The notes beneath the pieces were generated by a model that was given only the letters and a program-made list of their open reading frames with translations, did no database searches and was not told the DNA's origin. A stretch of 64,000 bases of DNA, taken from assembly GCA_963695345.1 (NCBI GenBank), contig OY968769.1:1120001-1184000 (forward strand), written 5' to 3'. Shown here one piece after another: positions 32,095 to 42,340 of the stretch; the first letter of the stretch is position 1, and each line of letters starts with the position of its first letter. A program made the translations under genes and the position numbers. The stretch is from an uncultured Methanomassiliicoccales archaeon (GTDB taxonomy: Archaea > Thermoplasmatota > Thermoplasmata > Methanomassiliicoccales > UBA472).

Positions 32095-32607
32095 ATGGTA
32101 GCACCTCCGTCGGTATTATCGATCCTTTCCGCTGCGAGACAGATCGAGATCTTCGGCATCCAATTCTACTCCAAGGTGGCGACCTGCGTAGCCGACGAAA
32201 ACGGTAAGGCTCTCATGAGATCCCTCGGTGCCGATGAACGCACGCACAAGGAGACGATCGAAGAACTGATGTTCCACCTCGCTCCGGGAATTGACCTTGA
32301 CGGCATTGAACCGGACAAGGGGTTCTTGAACATCCTCCCCGACAAGGTGTTCCCGTTCCCTCCTGAGGGGGCTTGTTTGACGGTGGGTGACGAGATACGT
32401 GCGGTCCAGATCGGGCTGGATGTGGAGGTCGCCTCGGTGAGGATGTACCAGGAGGCCTCGGCCATGGTCGGCGACCCTAAGATAAAGGACATACTGATCA
32501 CGCTCGCCCAGATCGAGGAGAAACATAAGCTCCTCCTCGAATCCTCTCTAGCGATGCTGAAAACCGATGGCAGCTGGTACGCCTATACCCCGATATTAGA
32601 GGGTTAG
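32095..32607 (+). CDS. Ferritin-like / rubrerythrin family protein
   Basis: Two E...Y...ExxH halves (DERTH, IEEKH). Confidence 0.85.
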   Translation: MVAPPSVLSILSAARQIEIFGIQFYSKVATCVADENGKALMRSLGADERTHKETIEELMFHLAPGIDLDGIEPDKGFLNILPDKVFPFPPEGACLTVGDEIRAVQIGLDVEVASVRMYQEASAMVGDPKIKDILITLAQIEEKHKLLLESSLAMLKTDGSWYAYTPILEG

Positions 32608-32683
32608 ATAGGTGTTTAATGGCCATGGAAGCGGGCCGGCCATATGACCTTTAACAAGGGATAGAGACGTCCGTCAGCAGATT

Positions 32684-32690
32684 TTTATAT
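32684..32690 (+). promoter_or_regulatory. TATA box upstream of the hdrD-like gene
   Basis: TTTATAT about 85 nt before the ATG; GAGGT ribosome-binding site just before the start. Confidence 0.5.
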
Positions 32691-32773
32691 CCGTCTTCCA
32701 TGCTTAGTTACCAACCTGCCAACGGCTATCGGCTCTTCATCTGATACCGACCGGTGTTCACAGAGGTATTTCA

Positions 32774-34009
32774 ATGGTCAAATTACCAAAAAGCCTTGAA
32801 AGGGATATGGCTGCATGTCTTCAGTGCGGATACTGCGTCCAGGTCTGCGATACCTATAATCAGAACCGATGGGAGTCGAACTCGCCTAGAGGCAAAGTCT
32901 TCTATCTGAACCAATTGGCCAAGAGGAACGCTCTGGACACCCTTTTGGGTCGCAAGATAAAGCTGGACGATGAGTTCATCGAGTCATTGTACTGGTGCAC
33001 CGGATGCGCCAGGTGCTGGACCGTCTGCCACGTCAGCATCGAGTTCGCCGACTTCTGGGAGGTCGTCAGGGAATGGGCCGCTGAGCAGGGCCACGGACCA
33101 CTGCCCGCCCACGTCAAGATCAGGGAGAGGCTGGAGGAGAAGCGCAACCCGTATGACGAACCGATGGAGAAGCGCGGAGCCTGGTACCCCAAGGATGTGC
33201 CCCGTTCCCCGCAGCCAGACGTGATGTTCTTCGCCGGCTGCACGGCATCCTACCGAGCGCCACATCTGGCCAAGGCCGGAGTGACCGTCCTCAGCAGGGG
33301 AGGCGCCACCATCAATATCATGGGTGAGGACGAATGGTGCTGCACATCACCGGCTCTGAGGACCGGCCAGACGAAGCTGACCCGGAACTTCGTGGAACAC
33401 ACCATCACCACCGTCGAGCGCTCCGGCGCCAAGTCGATGGTCATGACCTGCGCTGGATGCTACAAGACCACCTCGCACGACTACGGCAAGTACTACAATA
33501 GCCCAGCGTTCCCGGTGCAACACTTCGCGGAGGCGTCCGAGAAGATGATCAAGGAGAAGAAGCTCAAGTTCACGAAGGAGATCAAGGCGAAGGTCACCTA
33601 CCATGACCCGTGCCATCTGGGGCGTCACGCCCATGTCTTCGACTCGCCGCGTGAGTGCATCAAAGCGATCCCCGGCGTCACCCTGGTCGAGATGAAGCAT
33701 GTCAGGATGGACTCCAAGTGCTGCGGCGCCGGAGGCGGATTCAAGTCCGCCAACAACGACACCGCCGTCGCCATCGCGGCAGAGAGGGTAAAGGAGGCAG
33801 TGGAAACCGGAGCGGACATCCTCGCCACCGCATGCCCGTTCTGCGTCGTCAACCTGCAGCAGGGTGCGAAGAAGATCGGCGCCAAGATCAAGATCATGGA
33901 CATCTCGGAGATGCTGCTCGAGGCCACGGAACCGGTTCCGCCGGCACCCGCAGCCGCTCCGGCTGCCCCTGCTCCGGCAGCACCTGCCGCGCCAGCGGAA
34001 AAGAAGTAA
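32774..34009 (+). CDS. hdrD: HdrD-like Fe-S oxidoreductase (2x[4Fe-4S] plus two CCG domains) with Pro/Ala tail
   Basis: CLQCGYCVQVC, CTGCARCWTVC, FAGCTASY..WCC..TCAGC, YHDPCHLGR..CCGAGGG..ACPFC; the symbol is a family-level call. Confidence 0.75.
   Translation: MVKLPKSLERDMAACLQCGYCVQVCDTYNQNRWESNSPRGKVFYLNQLAKRNALDTLLGRKIKLDDEFIESLYWCTGCARCWTVCHVSIEFADFWEVVREWAAEQGHGPLPAHVKIRERLEEKRNPYDEPMEKRGAWYPKDVPRSPQPDVMFFAGCTASYRAPHLAKAGVTVLSRGGATINIMGEDEWCCTSPALRTGQTKLTRNFVEHTITTVERSGAKSMVMTCAGCYKTTSHDYGKYYNSPAFPVQHFAEASEKMIKEKKLKFTKEIKAKVTYHDPCHLGRHAHVFDSPRECIKAIPGVTLVEMKHVRMDSKCCGAGGGFKSANNDTAVAIAAERVKEAVETGADILATACPFCVVNLQQGAKKIGAKIKIMDISEMLLEATEPVPPAPAAAPAAPAPAAPAAPAEKK
33933..33997 (+). repeat. 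Low-complexity (PA)n/(PAA)n coding repeat
   Basis: Encodes PVPPAPAAAPAAPAPAAPAAPA. Confidence 0.8.
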
Positions 34010-34135
34010 ACTCTAGCGCCGGTCTTTGACCGGCCTTCACTTCCATTTTTTTCGAGAAACAATCACTATCGGAGATCTTTCGCAAAACTTCAAGTATCGA
34101 TTGACTTTCGTTATCAGGTCACTGGACACAATTCC

Positions 34136-36878
34136 ATGGTATTCGAACTTCTGGACGATAGGATCAGAAAGGTCCTCTCCGACAAGCAGATCAGTATGCC
34201 GACGGGGCCCCAATCAGAGGCCATACCGCACATCCTGGCAGGCAGGAACATTCTGCTGGTGGCACCGACCGGCATCGGAAAGACGGAGGCGGCGATGCTG
34301 CCCATCTTTCACCGGCTCATCTCCACCGAGGGAAAGGGTATCCGATGCATCTACGTGACGCCCCTGAGGGCCCTGAACAGGGATATGCTTCGCCGCCTGG
34401 AGGAGTTTGGGGATGCCCTCGATCTGCGCGTTGCCGTCCGTCACGGGGACACCCCCCAATCGGAGCGGACACACCAATCGAAGTACGCGCCAGATGTTCT
34501 CATCACGACGCCGGAGACCCTCCAGATCATGTTCACCGGCAAGAACTTGAGGCAGCACCTATCGAACGTGAAGTTCTTCGTGGTCGATGAGATACACGAG
34601 CTTGCCAACGACGAGAGAGGAGCCCAGCTCGCCATCGCCATGGAACGGCTTGTCTATCTGGCCGGGGATTTCCAGAGGATCGGCCTATCGGCCACGGTGG
34701 GCAGCATCCAGGAGGTCGCGAACTTCCTGGGCGGACCCAAACGTCAGGTCACGATCGTGAAAGCACAGATAGCCAAGGAGATGAGGCTGTCGGTTCAATA
34801 CCCGGAGGTAACGGACGAGGACCGGGATCTGGCTGGTACGCTACAGAGCGACGCCCAGCTGACCGCGTGCATGCGGCGATGCAGGAAGATGATCGAGGAA
34901 CATCGGTCCACCCTGCTGTTCGTGAACACCCGTGATACCGCGGAGGCCTTGGCCGCCCGGTACCACATATGGGACGAGACGTTCTCCGTTGGTGTGCATC
35001 ATGGATCGCTGTCCAAGGAGACGCGCATCGAGATGGAGGAGAACTTCAAGGCGGAGAAGCTGAAGGGACTGATATGCACCTCATCGCTGGAGATGGGCAT
35101 CGACATCGGATCGGCGGACTACGCCATCCAGTACAACTCCCCCAGGCAGGTGGCCAGGCTCATCCAGAGGATGGGGCGGGCCGGGCATCAGGTGGGGGCC
35201 TATTCGGAAGGAGCGGTGGTGGCCTCATCCCCCGACGAGATCGTGGAGTCCATGGTCATCACCCGCAAGGCACTGAACGAGGAGCTCGAGCCTCTGCTCG
35301 TCCGCCCCTGTCCGATGACCGTGCTGGCTAACCAGCTTGTGGCGATGACCATGCAGGGAAAGGTCAACAAGGACGATGCGTACGCTGCCTGCGTCCGCAC
35401 CTATCCGTTCCGTGACCTTACCCGGGAGAAGTTCGATCGGGATCTTGGACCAGATCTCCAGGATCGGACTAGTCTTCGTGGACCGGGACGACTATAGGCG
35501 ATCATCACGTGGCCGCAAGTACTTCTACGACAACATTTCGATGATCCCTGACGAAAGGACCTACATGATCAGGGAGCTGTCCAGCCGCAAGATCGTGGGC
35601 ACCCTGGACGAATCTTTCGTTGTATCGTTCGCTGAACCATACGCCACCTTCATCACCAGGGGAAGGACGTGGCGCATCATCGAGGTCCGGGAGGACGAAC
35701 TGCTGGTCGAACAGGTCCGTGAGATAGGCTCCATACCCTCCTGGGTCGGAGAGGACATACCGGTCCCGTTTGACGTGGCCCAGGAGGTCGGGAGACTGCG
35801 CAGGCAGGAGAACTATTCCGAGTACATGGGCGACGCCGCATCGGTCAGGGCGGTCAAGGATTACTTCATCGAACAGCGAGCGAAGTTCCCCATGCCCACC
35901 GACAAGAAGGTGACCCTTGAGATCGGAAAACGTCTGGCGATCCTCAACATGTGTTTCGGCACTAAGGTCAACGAGACCCTGTCAAAGATGTTGTCGATAC
36001 TGCTGACCGCTCGACTGGGTGAGTCGGTGGCGGTCACCACCGATCCTTACCGGATCATACTGGACCTGCCGCGCGACATCAAGCCGGATATGATCATCGA
36101 GACGCTGAGGGGGATCCGGTCCGACACGGTCGAGGCATTGGTCCGCATGGTCATAAAGAACTCCAGCCACCTGCGCTGGCGCTTTGTCTACGTGGCAAAG
36201 AAGTTCGGGGCGGTGGACAAGGACGCGGACTACAAGAGCGTGAACTTCGGCAGACTGGTCGAAGCCTACGAGAACAGTCCCATATTCGACGAGGCGATCG
36301 CCCGGGTGCTATGGGAGGATTTTGACCTGGACGGGACTGTGGAGGTCGTCCGGAGCATCGAGTCCGGCGATCTGGAGTTCCAAATATGCGGCCTGACGCC
36401 GATCGGCCGGGCGGGGCTGTCGCATTCGAAGGAGCTGATCACCCCACAGCGCGCCGACCATTCCATCCTGATGGCGCTCAAGAAGCGCCTGGAAGAGGAA
36501 CAGATGCACATGTCCTGCCTCAGCTGCGCCTCCCAGTGGCGTCTGAGGGTCCGGGAGGCGCCCCGGACCGTAACATGCCCCAAGTGCGGCGGCCAGATGA
36601 TCGCCGCGCTCAATCCCTACAACAAGGACCTGGTCAAGCTGGCGAAGAAGAAGAACCTTAACGAGGAGGAAGAGAAAGAGCTGCGCAAGCTGTTCAAGAA
36701 CGGCAGCCTGGTGATGAAATACGGCAAGAAGGCGATGACCGCGCTCGCCGGAAGGGGGATCGGCCCGGACACCGCCTCCAGGGTGCTGGCCGGTTTCTTC
36801 GACAGCGAGGATGATTTCCTCAGGGAGATCCTCAGCGCCGAGATCAACTACGCGAAGACAAAACGTTTCTGGGATTAA
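34136..36878 (+). CDS. lhr: Lhr family ATP-dependent helicase; one frameshift ~35440
   Basis: APTGIGKTEAA, TPLRALNRD, TTPET, DEIH, SAT, HHGSLS, QRMGRAGH; C-terminal CxxC..CPKC and LAGRGIGP..KTKRFWD. Confidence 0.92.
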
Positions 36879-37505
36879 GGCCTAGCCCGGACCGGATTGG
36901 TAAGATTTCCGACCCCCTCGATCCTCATTTCGATCAGGTCGCCCGGGACGATCGGGCCGACCCCGCTGGGAGTGCCGGTGGCGATTATGTCGCCTTCTTC
37001 CAGCGTCATCCATTTGGAAATGAACGCTATCAGCTCCTCCGGCGTGTAGATCATCATGGAGGTGTTCCCATGCTGCCTCGGCATTCCGTTCACATGACAC
37101 GATATCTCCAGATCGTGGATGTCATGGGCCGATGCCAGCGGCTCTCGGTTCCGACATCGGCGCGAACGTGTCCATGCCCTTGCTCAATGTCCAGGGCAGT
37201 CCGTCCTTCCGATATGCGTTCTGGATGTCCCGGGCGGTCACATCGTTGAAGACCGCCAGGCCGGAAACGTGGTCCATAGCCGTTTCCTTCGGGATGTTCT
37301 TCCCGGCTTTGCCTATGACCAGGGCTAGTTCGACCTCGTGGTCGACCCTGCCGATGCCCTCGGGGATCAGGATCGGGTCTTGGTTGGCGACAAGGGATGA
37401 CATCGGTTTCAGGAAGATCACCGGTTCGGAAGGCACTTCGTTCTTAAGCTCCTTGATGTGCTCCCGATAGTTCTGGCCGATGCACACTATCTTTCCGCTC
37501 GTCAT
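36875..37505 (-). CDS. Fumarylacetoacetate hydrolase family protein; frameshifted ~37130
   Basis: KIVCIGQNYREH, HEVELALVIG, NDVTARD, SKGMDTFAP, GDIIATGTPSGVG. Confidence 0.9.
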
Positions 37506-37516
37506 CTGCACGCCTT

Positions 37517-37783
37517 CTACTGGAACGGGTCGGACCCTGATGCGCCTACGTCGTCCCGCTCGGATACGGTCTCGAACTTCATGAGCACGTTCATCCCTTT
37601 CAGGGTGGCATGAACCTTATCGGCCAGATAGATCGCGTCGTCAAGCGTGGCATTCTTGTCCCATTTGTAAATGCCGTCATAATTGCCCTTGGTCGGTTCA
37701 AAGCCCAGGTTCCGGAGAGCATCCAGTATTTCCGAGGGGCGTCTGCCCTCGGAACTGAACGTGACGGTGATGTACGTCAACAT
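37517..37783 (-). CDS. Conserved archaeal hypothetical protein
   Basis: MLTYITVTFSSEGRRPSEI...LGF...GNYD..YKW; co-oriented between rlmE and the FAH gene. Confidence 0.7.
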   Translation of the reverse strand: MLTYITVTFSSEGRRPSEILDALRNLGFEPTKGNYDGIYKWDKNATLDDAIYLADKVHATLKGMNVLMKFETVSERDDVGASGSDPFQ

Positions 37784-37829
37784 GAAGGGTAATACCAAAC
37801 TCCGCTCCTTTAACGGTTACGGAAACTAC

Positions 37830-38475
37830 CTAGTTGTCTTCCTTCTCATTCGCGAGGATGACGTGGTCTTCGCCCCTGAACTTTCTGGCGATGATGTACA
37901 TCTCGGACGAGCTGTCCCTCGACGCCTTCGGCGCGAACATGCGCACGTTGTCGAAGTACTTCTTGACCTCGGTAACGAACTCCTTGGTGTCCTGGCCTTC
38001 GAAGATCTTCATGACCAGGGAGCCGTTGTCCACCAATGTCTTCCGGGCGAACGACAGCGCGTACTCGCACAGCTCGACCGACCGGGCCTGGTCGGTGTTG
38101 TAGGCACCGGAGATGTTCGGGCTCATGTCGGAAAGAACGACGTCGGCCTTTCCCGCGATCATGTAGAGAAGTTTGTCTACCGTCTCCTGCTTCCTGATGT
38201 CGCCGCGGATGGTCTCGACCATCCCGTCAACGGGAGCGATGCTCTGCAGGTCCACTCCGACCACATGGCCGGTCTCCGTGACCCGTTCTGAGGCGACCTG
38301 CAGCCATCCGCCCGGCGCCGCCCCCAGGTCCACCACGACGTGGCCGGGTTTCATGATATGGAAACGATCGTCGATCTGTATGAGCTTGAAGGAGGCACGG
38401 CTGCGATAGTCCAGCTGCTTCGCCTTTCGGTAGATAGAAGTCCTTTCGGCGGGCCGAGAGCCAGTTCTTGGACAT
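37830..38475 (-). CDS. rlmE: 23S rRNA Um2552 methyltransferase RlmE/FtsJ; frameshift ~38432
   Basis: YRSRASFKL, VDLGAAPGGWLQ, VLSDMSPN, KIFEG, PKASRDSSSEMY. Confidence 0.93.
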
Positions 38476-38575
38476 AACGTGCTGTTCGATGCAATTCGGG
38501 GATAAAACGTTTGTCATTGCGAACACGAACGGACCGACATTGTCATCGGCCTAGTCCGACCCGTGCCTCATCTGT

Positions 38576-39253
38576 CTATTTGATGCAATAGAAACCAGCC
38601 TGCATGTACGAATACCAGAGCAGCTCGACCGTACTGAACCCCACGCTCCGGTATAGCTCCAAGTGCTCTTCGACAGTGATTGGAAAATATTCCCTGTCAA
38701 ACCTGGCGAGGTTGGCGGCCACCTCTTCCGGGCTCTTGCCCATTTCCGTCTGAAAACGTTCCCAGTATCTCTTTCCGATCTCGACGCCCCGGTCGGTAAA
38801 TGGCCTCACGTTCTCGAACGTGATGAACACCCCCTCCGCCGGAAGCATGACATGGCATGCCTGCACCGCCCTCCTCCTCTCATTGTTCGATAGATAGTGA
38901 TGGCACTGGATGGCGGTGATCAGGTCTGGTCTTTCACTGACCTGTCCTTCCAGTTCCTGGGAGCATGTCGGCCTGAGGAACCGGACCCTATCCTCTTCTT
39001 CAAACTTTTTCTGCGCCTGTCCGAGCATGGTTTCGGAAGGATCCGCGAGCAGGAAATGGGTGCTCGGGAACCGATCCAAAGCCGTCCTGACCAACGTTCC
39101 CGTGCCACAGCCGGTATCGAGCCACAGCCCAGGCGGCCTGTCCAATGACAGTACCAGGTCGATGATTCCTTGGTGTATGAGTTCGTAGTGGGGGATGGTT
39201 CGGGTGATCTGAGCGTCGTAGTCTCCGGGAAAATGGAAGGGGCCGCTGTTCAT
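38576..39253 (-). CDS. Class I SAM-dependent methyltransferase (CmoA-like)
   Basis: YDAQITRTIPHY, WLDTGCGTG, DPSETML. Confidence 0.88.
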   Translation of the reverse strand: MNSGPFHFPGDYDAQITRTIPHYELIHQGIIDLVLSLDRPPGLWLDTGCGTGTLVRTALDRFPSTHFLLADPSETMLGQAQKKFEEEDRVRFLRPTCSQELEGQVSERPDLITAIQCHHYLSNNERRRAVQACHVMLPAEGVFITFENVRPFTDRGVEIGKRYWERFQTEMGKSPEEVAANLARFDREYFPITVEEHLELYRSVGFSTVELLWYSYMQAGFYCIK

Positions 39254-39365
39254 TTCGGCTGAAATGGGTCATGACCATATTAAGAACCTGCGAGCCATGG
39301 AAACCGCCTTGACGTCCGATGAAAGACTATTTAGACGGCGGACCGATTTACCTCCGGTGCCCTCC

Positions 39366-40391
39366 ATGACCCAGAACGACTGGACGTACGCCCGCGCGGG
39401 TGTCGACATCGAGCAGAAGTCCCGTTCCATCGCATCGCTAGTCAATAGGCTCACCTACCGCAGGACCGGCAAGGGCAGGGTCATAGACATCAAGGGACAG
39501 TTCACCAGTCTGATTGATTTTGACGGGATCGTCCTTACACTGTGCACCGATGGCGTCGGCACCAAACTGCTCATAGCCGAGGCATTGGACAAATGGGACA
39601 CGGTCGGCATCGATTGCATGGCCATGAACGTCAACGACACCATATGCGTCGGTGCCGAGCCGTTCGCGTTCGTGGATTATATCGCCATCGACAAGCCCGA
39701 CGAGAGGATCACCGAGCAGATCGGCATCGGCCTGGAGAAAGCCGCCGAGGAATGCAACGTGGACATCGTCGGCGGTGAGATCGCCGTACTACCGGAGATC
39801 GTGCGCGGCGTGGACCTGTCCGGAACCGCGCTGGGCTGGCTGGAGAAGGACAGGATCGTCGACGGAAGCAAAGTGCAGGTCGGCGACGCCATCATCGGGC
39901 TGAGGTCGTCCGGGATACACTCCAACGGCATGACGCTGGCCAGGAAGGTGCTCGAGTCGGCCGAGATCGGGCTGGACCAGAAGTTCGACCGGCTGGGAAA
40001 GACCATCGGTCAAGAGCTGCTGACGCCGACCGAGCTCTATGTCAAAAAGGTGGTCGAGCTGGTCGAAAAGGTCCAGGTCCACGGCATGGTGGACGTGACC
40101 GGCGGCGGTCTGAAGAACTTCGTCCGCCTGAAGAAGGATGTCCTATTCGAGATGTCCGACCCGATCAGACCGCAGCCGGTGTTCGAGATTATCTCCGAGC
40201 TGGGCAACGTAAATGCCACCGAGATGTACAAGACCTTCAACATGGGCATGGGCTACGGCATCGTTCTACCGCAGGAGAACGTGAAGGAAGCGCTGCAGGT
40301 CCTGGGCGAAGGGGCGAAGGTCGTCGGCCAGGTTGCCATTGGCAGCGGGGTCGGCATCCCGTCCCTCGGCGTTCATTACGAGAATTACTGA
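39366..40391 (+). CDS. purM: Phosphoribosylformylglycinamidine cyclo-ligase (AIR synthetase)
   Basis: TYARAGVDI, TDGVGTK, AMNVND, GGEIA, SSGIHSNG, TGGG, TFNMGMG. Confidence 0.96.
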   Translation: MTQNDWTYARAGVDIEQKSRSIASLVNRLTYRRTGKGRVIDIKGQFTSLIDFDGIVLTLCTDGVGTKLLIAEALDKWDTVGIDCMAMNVNDTICVGAEPFAFVDYIAIDKPDERITEQIGIGLEKAAEECNVDIVGGEIAVLPEIVRGVDLSGTALGWLEKDRIVDGSKVQVGDAIIGLRSSGIHSNGMTLARKVLESAEIGLDQKFDRLGKTIGQELLTPTELYVKKVVELVEKVQVHGMVDVTGGGLKNFVRLKKDVLFEMSDPIRPQPVFEIISELGNVNATEMYKTFNMGMGYGIVLPQENVKEALQVLGEGAKVVGQVAIGSGVGIPSLGVHYENY

Positions 40392-40392
40392 A

Positions 40393-41715
40393 ATGAAGCG
40401 CATCTCGCTCAATTCCCGATCGCTTGGCTCTGAGTTCGCCGCCTTCGAGAGGGAGCTGATGCGGCCCGACCGGCATGCTGGCTGGGTCAAGTTCATTGCC
40501 CAGGGAGTCATACGTCTAAGGCGCTCGCCGTTCTCCGAACATTATTCAGACATCTACTATTACGTACCCGATGACATCCAGCTCCGCGAGGGTGAGCTCG
40601 TCGACCTGAATGTGGGCCCACTGCGCTGGACAGGAATCAAGATCGAGGACGGATCGGTCTATCCATCGTACAAGGCCTCCTACCGGGAAGTGCGCAGCGT
40701 TGAGAAAGGCGTTCTCAGACTTCCGAAGCCGCGCATCGACGCCAAGGATTTCCAGTATTTCCTGACCGAGCAGTGGAGGGACGCAGAATACGATGACCTG
40801 GGCAAGTCGTTGGCGCTTCAGCTTCTTTCCTGCCCTTCGGACGTCTACGGGAATGGCGGCATCGGCGCCCAGTCTATCTGCCTTTCGACGAAGAAGGGGC
40901 CGCTGCTAGACCTGAAATCGACCATCAGGAACAACCTGCCCTTGGAATTCACCGGGAGGAGCGACCGCTACCGCTTCGACGTTATTGAGAAGGATGAGCA
41001 GACCGAAGACCTTCACAGGAGCCTTGGACGGTCATCGGCAAGGGAAACGTCGTTCAACTTCCTCACCGTCATGAACCCGCTGTCGGACCCATTGCCAGTG
41101 CAGGTGCCGACCACGATCATAAACGCTTACAAGGTCGGTGCGGAGAAGGAGCCGAACCTGGACGTCCTGGAGTACCTGCTCTACTCGCTCATGATCAGAC
41201 CGGTGATCAAGCGTTCCGCCGTCACCGAGATCGAAGCCGGGATGAGGCTGGTCAAGGAGCAGGTGGAGCCGGAATCGGTGGAGCTGGAACTGCCCATTGA
41301 CCGGTATGCGATAACAAAGCTGGCGATGGCGATGTGCAGGCTCGAGGGCAAGGAGGAGATCGACGATTCATCCTTCTCGAGAAGCAAGGACGTCTTCTTC
41401 GATCTGTACCGCGAGTTCCTGGACGCGAAGAAGGACCATTTCATTCCGGGGAAGAGCTCGTATGGAAGGAAGGGCGTCCGATCATCGGTCTCGGGCCAGC
41501 TGGACGCCAATGACCTGATCCTACTTTCCTATGTGCGTAAGATATCAAGAGAGCAGGGCAAGGAGTACGTGACCGTCCAGGACCTCAAGGACGAGCTTGG
41601 CAGGAAACGTTACCAACGTTTCGACCTGGACCGTTCGTTGGAGCGCCTGAACATATTCGGCCGCCTGATACGCGGCGAGAACATGAACGCGTTCAAGCCG
41701 ATTGATCTTGACTAG
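40393..41715 (+). CDS. Hypothetical protein resembling a degenerate MCM helicase paralog
   Basis: 440-aa ORF starting 1 nt after purM; LALQLL, YLLYSLMIRPVI, AITKLAMAMCRL..EEID and a winged-helix-like C-terminus recall MCM; no Walker A/B. Confidence 0.6.
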   Translation: MKRISLNSRSLGSEFAAFERELMRPDRHAGWVKFIAQGVIRLRRSPFSEHYSDIYYYVPDDIQLREGELVDLNVGPLRWTGIKIEDGSVYPSYKASYREVRSVEKGVLRLPKPRIDAKDFQYFLTEQWRDAEYDDLGKSLALQLLSCPSDVYGNGGIGAQSICLSTKKGPLLDLKSTIRNNLPLEFTGRSDRYRFDVIEKDEQTEDLHRSLGRSSARETSFNFLTVMNPLSDPLPVQVPTTIINAYKVGAEKEPNLDVLEYLLYSLMIRPVIKRSAVTEIEAGMRLVKEQVEPESVELELPIDRYAITKLAMAMCRLEGKEEIDDSSFSRSKDVFFDLYREFLDAKKDHFIPGKSSYGRKGVRSSVSGQLDANDLILLSYVRKISREQGKEYVTVQDLKDELGRKRYQRFDLDRSLERLNIFGRLIRGENMNAFKPIDLD

Positions 41716-41725
41716 TCCAGATGAC

Positions 41726-42289
41726 CTATCTGGTCCGGTCGTGCACCTTGTGGGCGAGGACCGCCACGCACGCGCCTAGAGCGGTGCAGGTCTCCATCGA
41801 GTACTCGCCGAACGTGATGTCCATGTGGTTCGGCGCCATGTCGTGGATGTCCTTCGGGACACCCTTCGGACCGGCCCCGAAGACAAGGCAGATGCTCCTG
41901 CCGTTCAGCAGCATGTCCACCACCTCGTCGACCGACCGTTTCTTCTTCTTGTCCGGGTTGCAGGTGGTCAGCACCACCTCTCCCAGCTGGGGCTGGAAGC
42001 CTTTGCCCGGATACCCGACCGTCGAAAAGCGCCCCTTGGCGGTTACTTCCTTGAGGTAGCCGCCGTCCTCCCCGATCGAGGTCGTCGTAGAAACCCAGTC
42101 GGCGATCTCCTGGGGCGTGTTCAGGTCCTGCGGGAACGGGAAGCCTATCGTCACCAGGTTGCAGTCGAACGCCAGGGCCAGCGGTCCGGCGCGGGCGAGG
42201 ATCCGGCGGTGCGCCTCGCGGAAGTTGTTCGGGTCGTAGGAGTTGTAGATGGCGATGGTCGCCCGGCCGAGACGGCGTGTTTCTTTCAT
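41726..42289 (-). CDS. DUF531 family protein (SPOUT-like)
   Basis: IYNSYD..EAHRRILARAGP, GFPFP, PQLGEVV.TT, FGAGPKGVP, SMETCTA. Confidence 0.85.
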   Translation of the reverse strand: MKETRRLGRATIAIYNSYDPNNFREAHRRILARAGPLALAFDCNLVTIGFPFPQDLNTPQEIADWVSTTTSIGEDGGYLKEVTAKGRFSTVGYPGKGFQPQLGEVVLTTCNPDKKKKRSVDEVVDMLLNGRSICLVFGAGPKGVPKDIHDMAPNHMDITFGEYSMETCTALGACVAVLAHKVHDRTR

Positions 42290-42340
42290 GGTCTGTCCGT
42301 TGAATGATAAAATGGAACAGGCCCGGAGGCCTGAAGGAGT

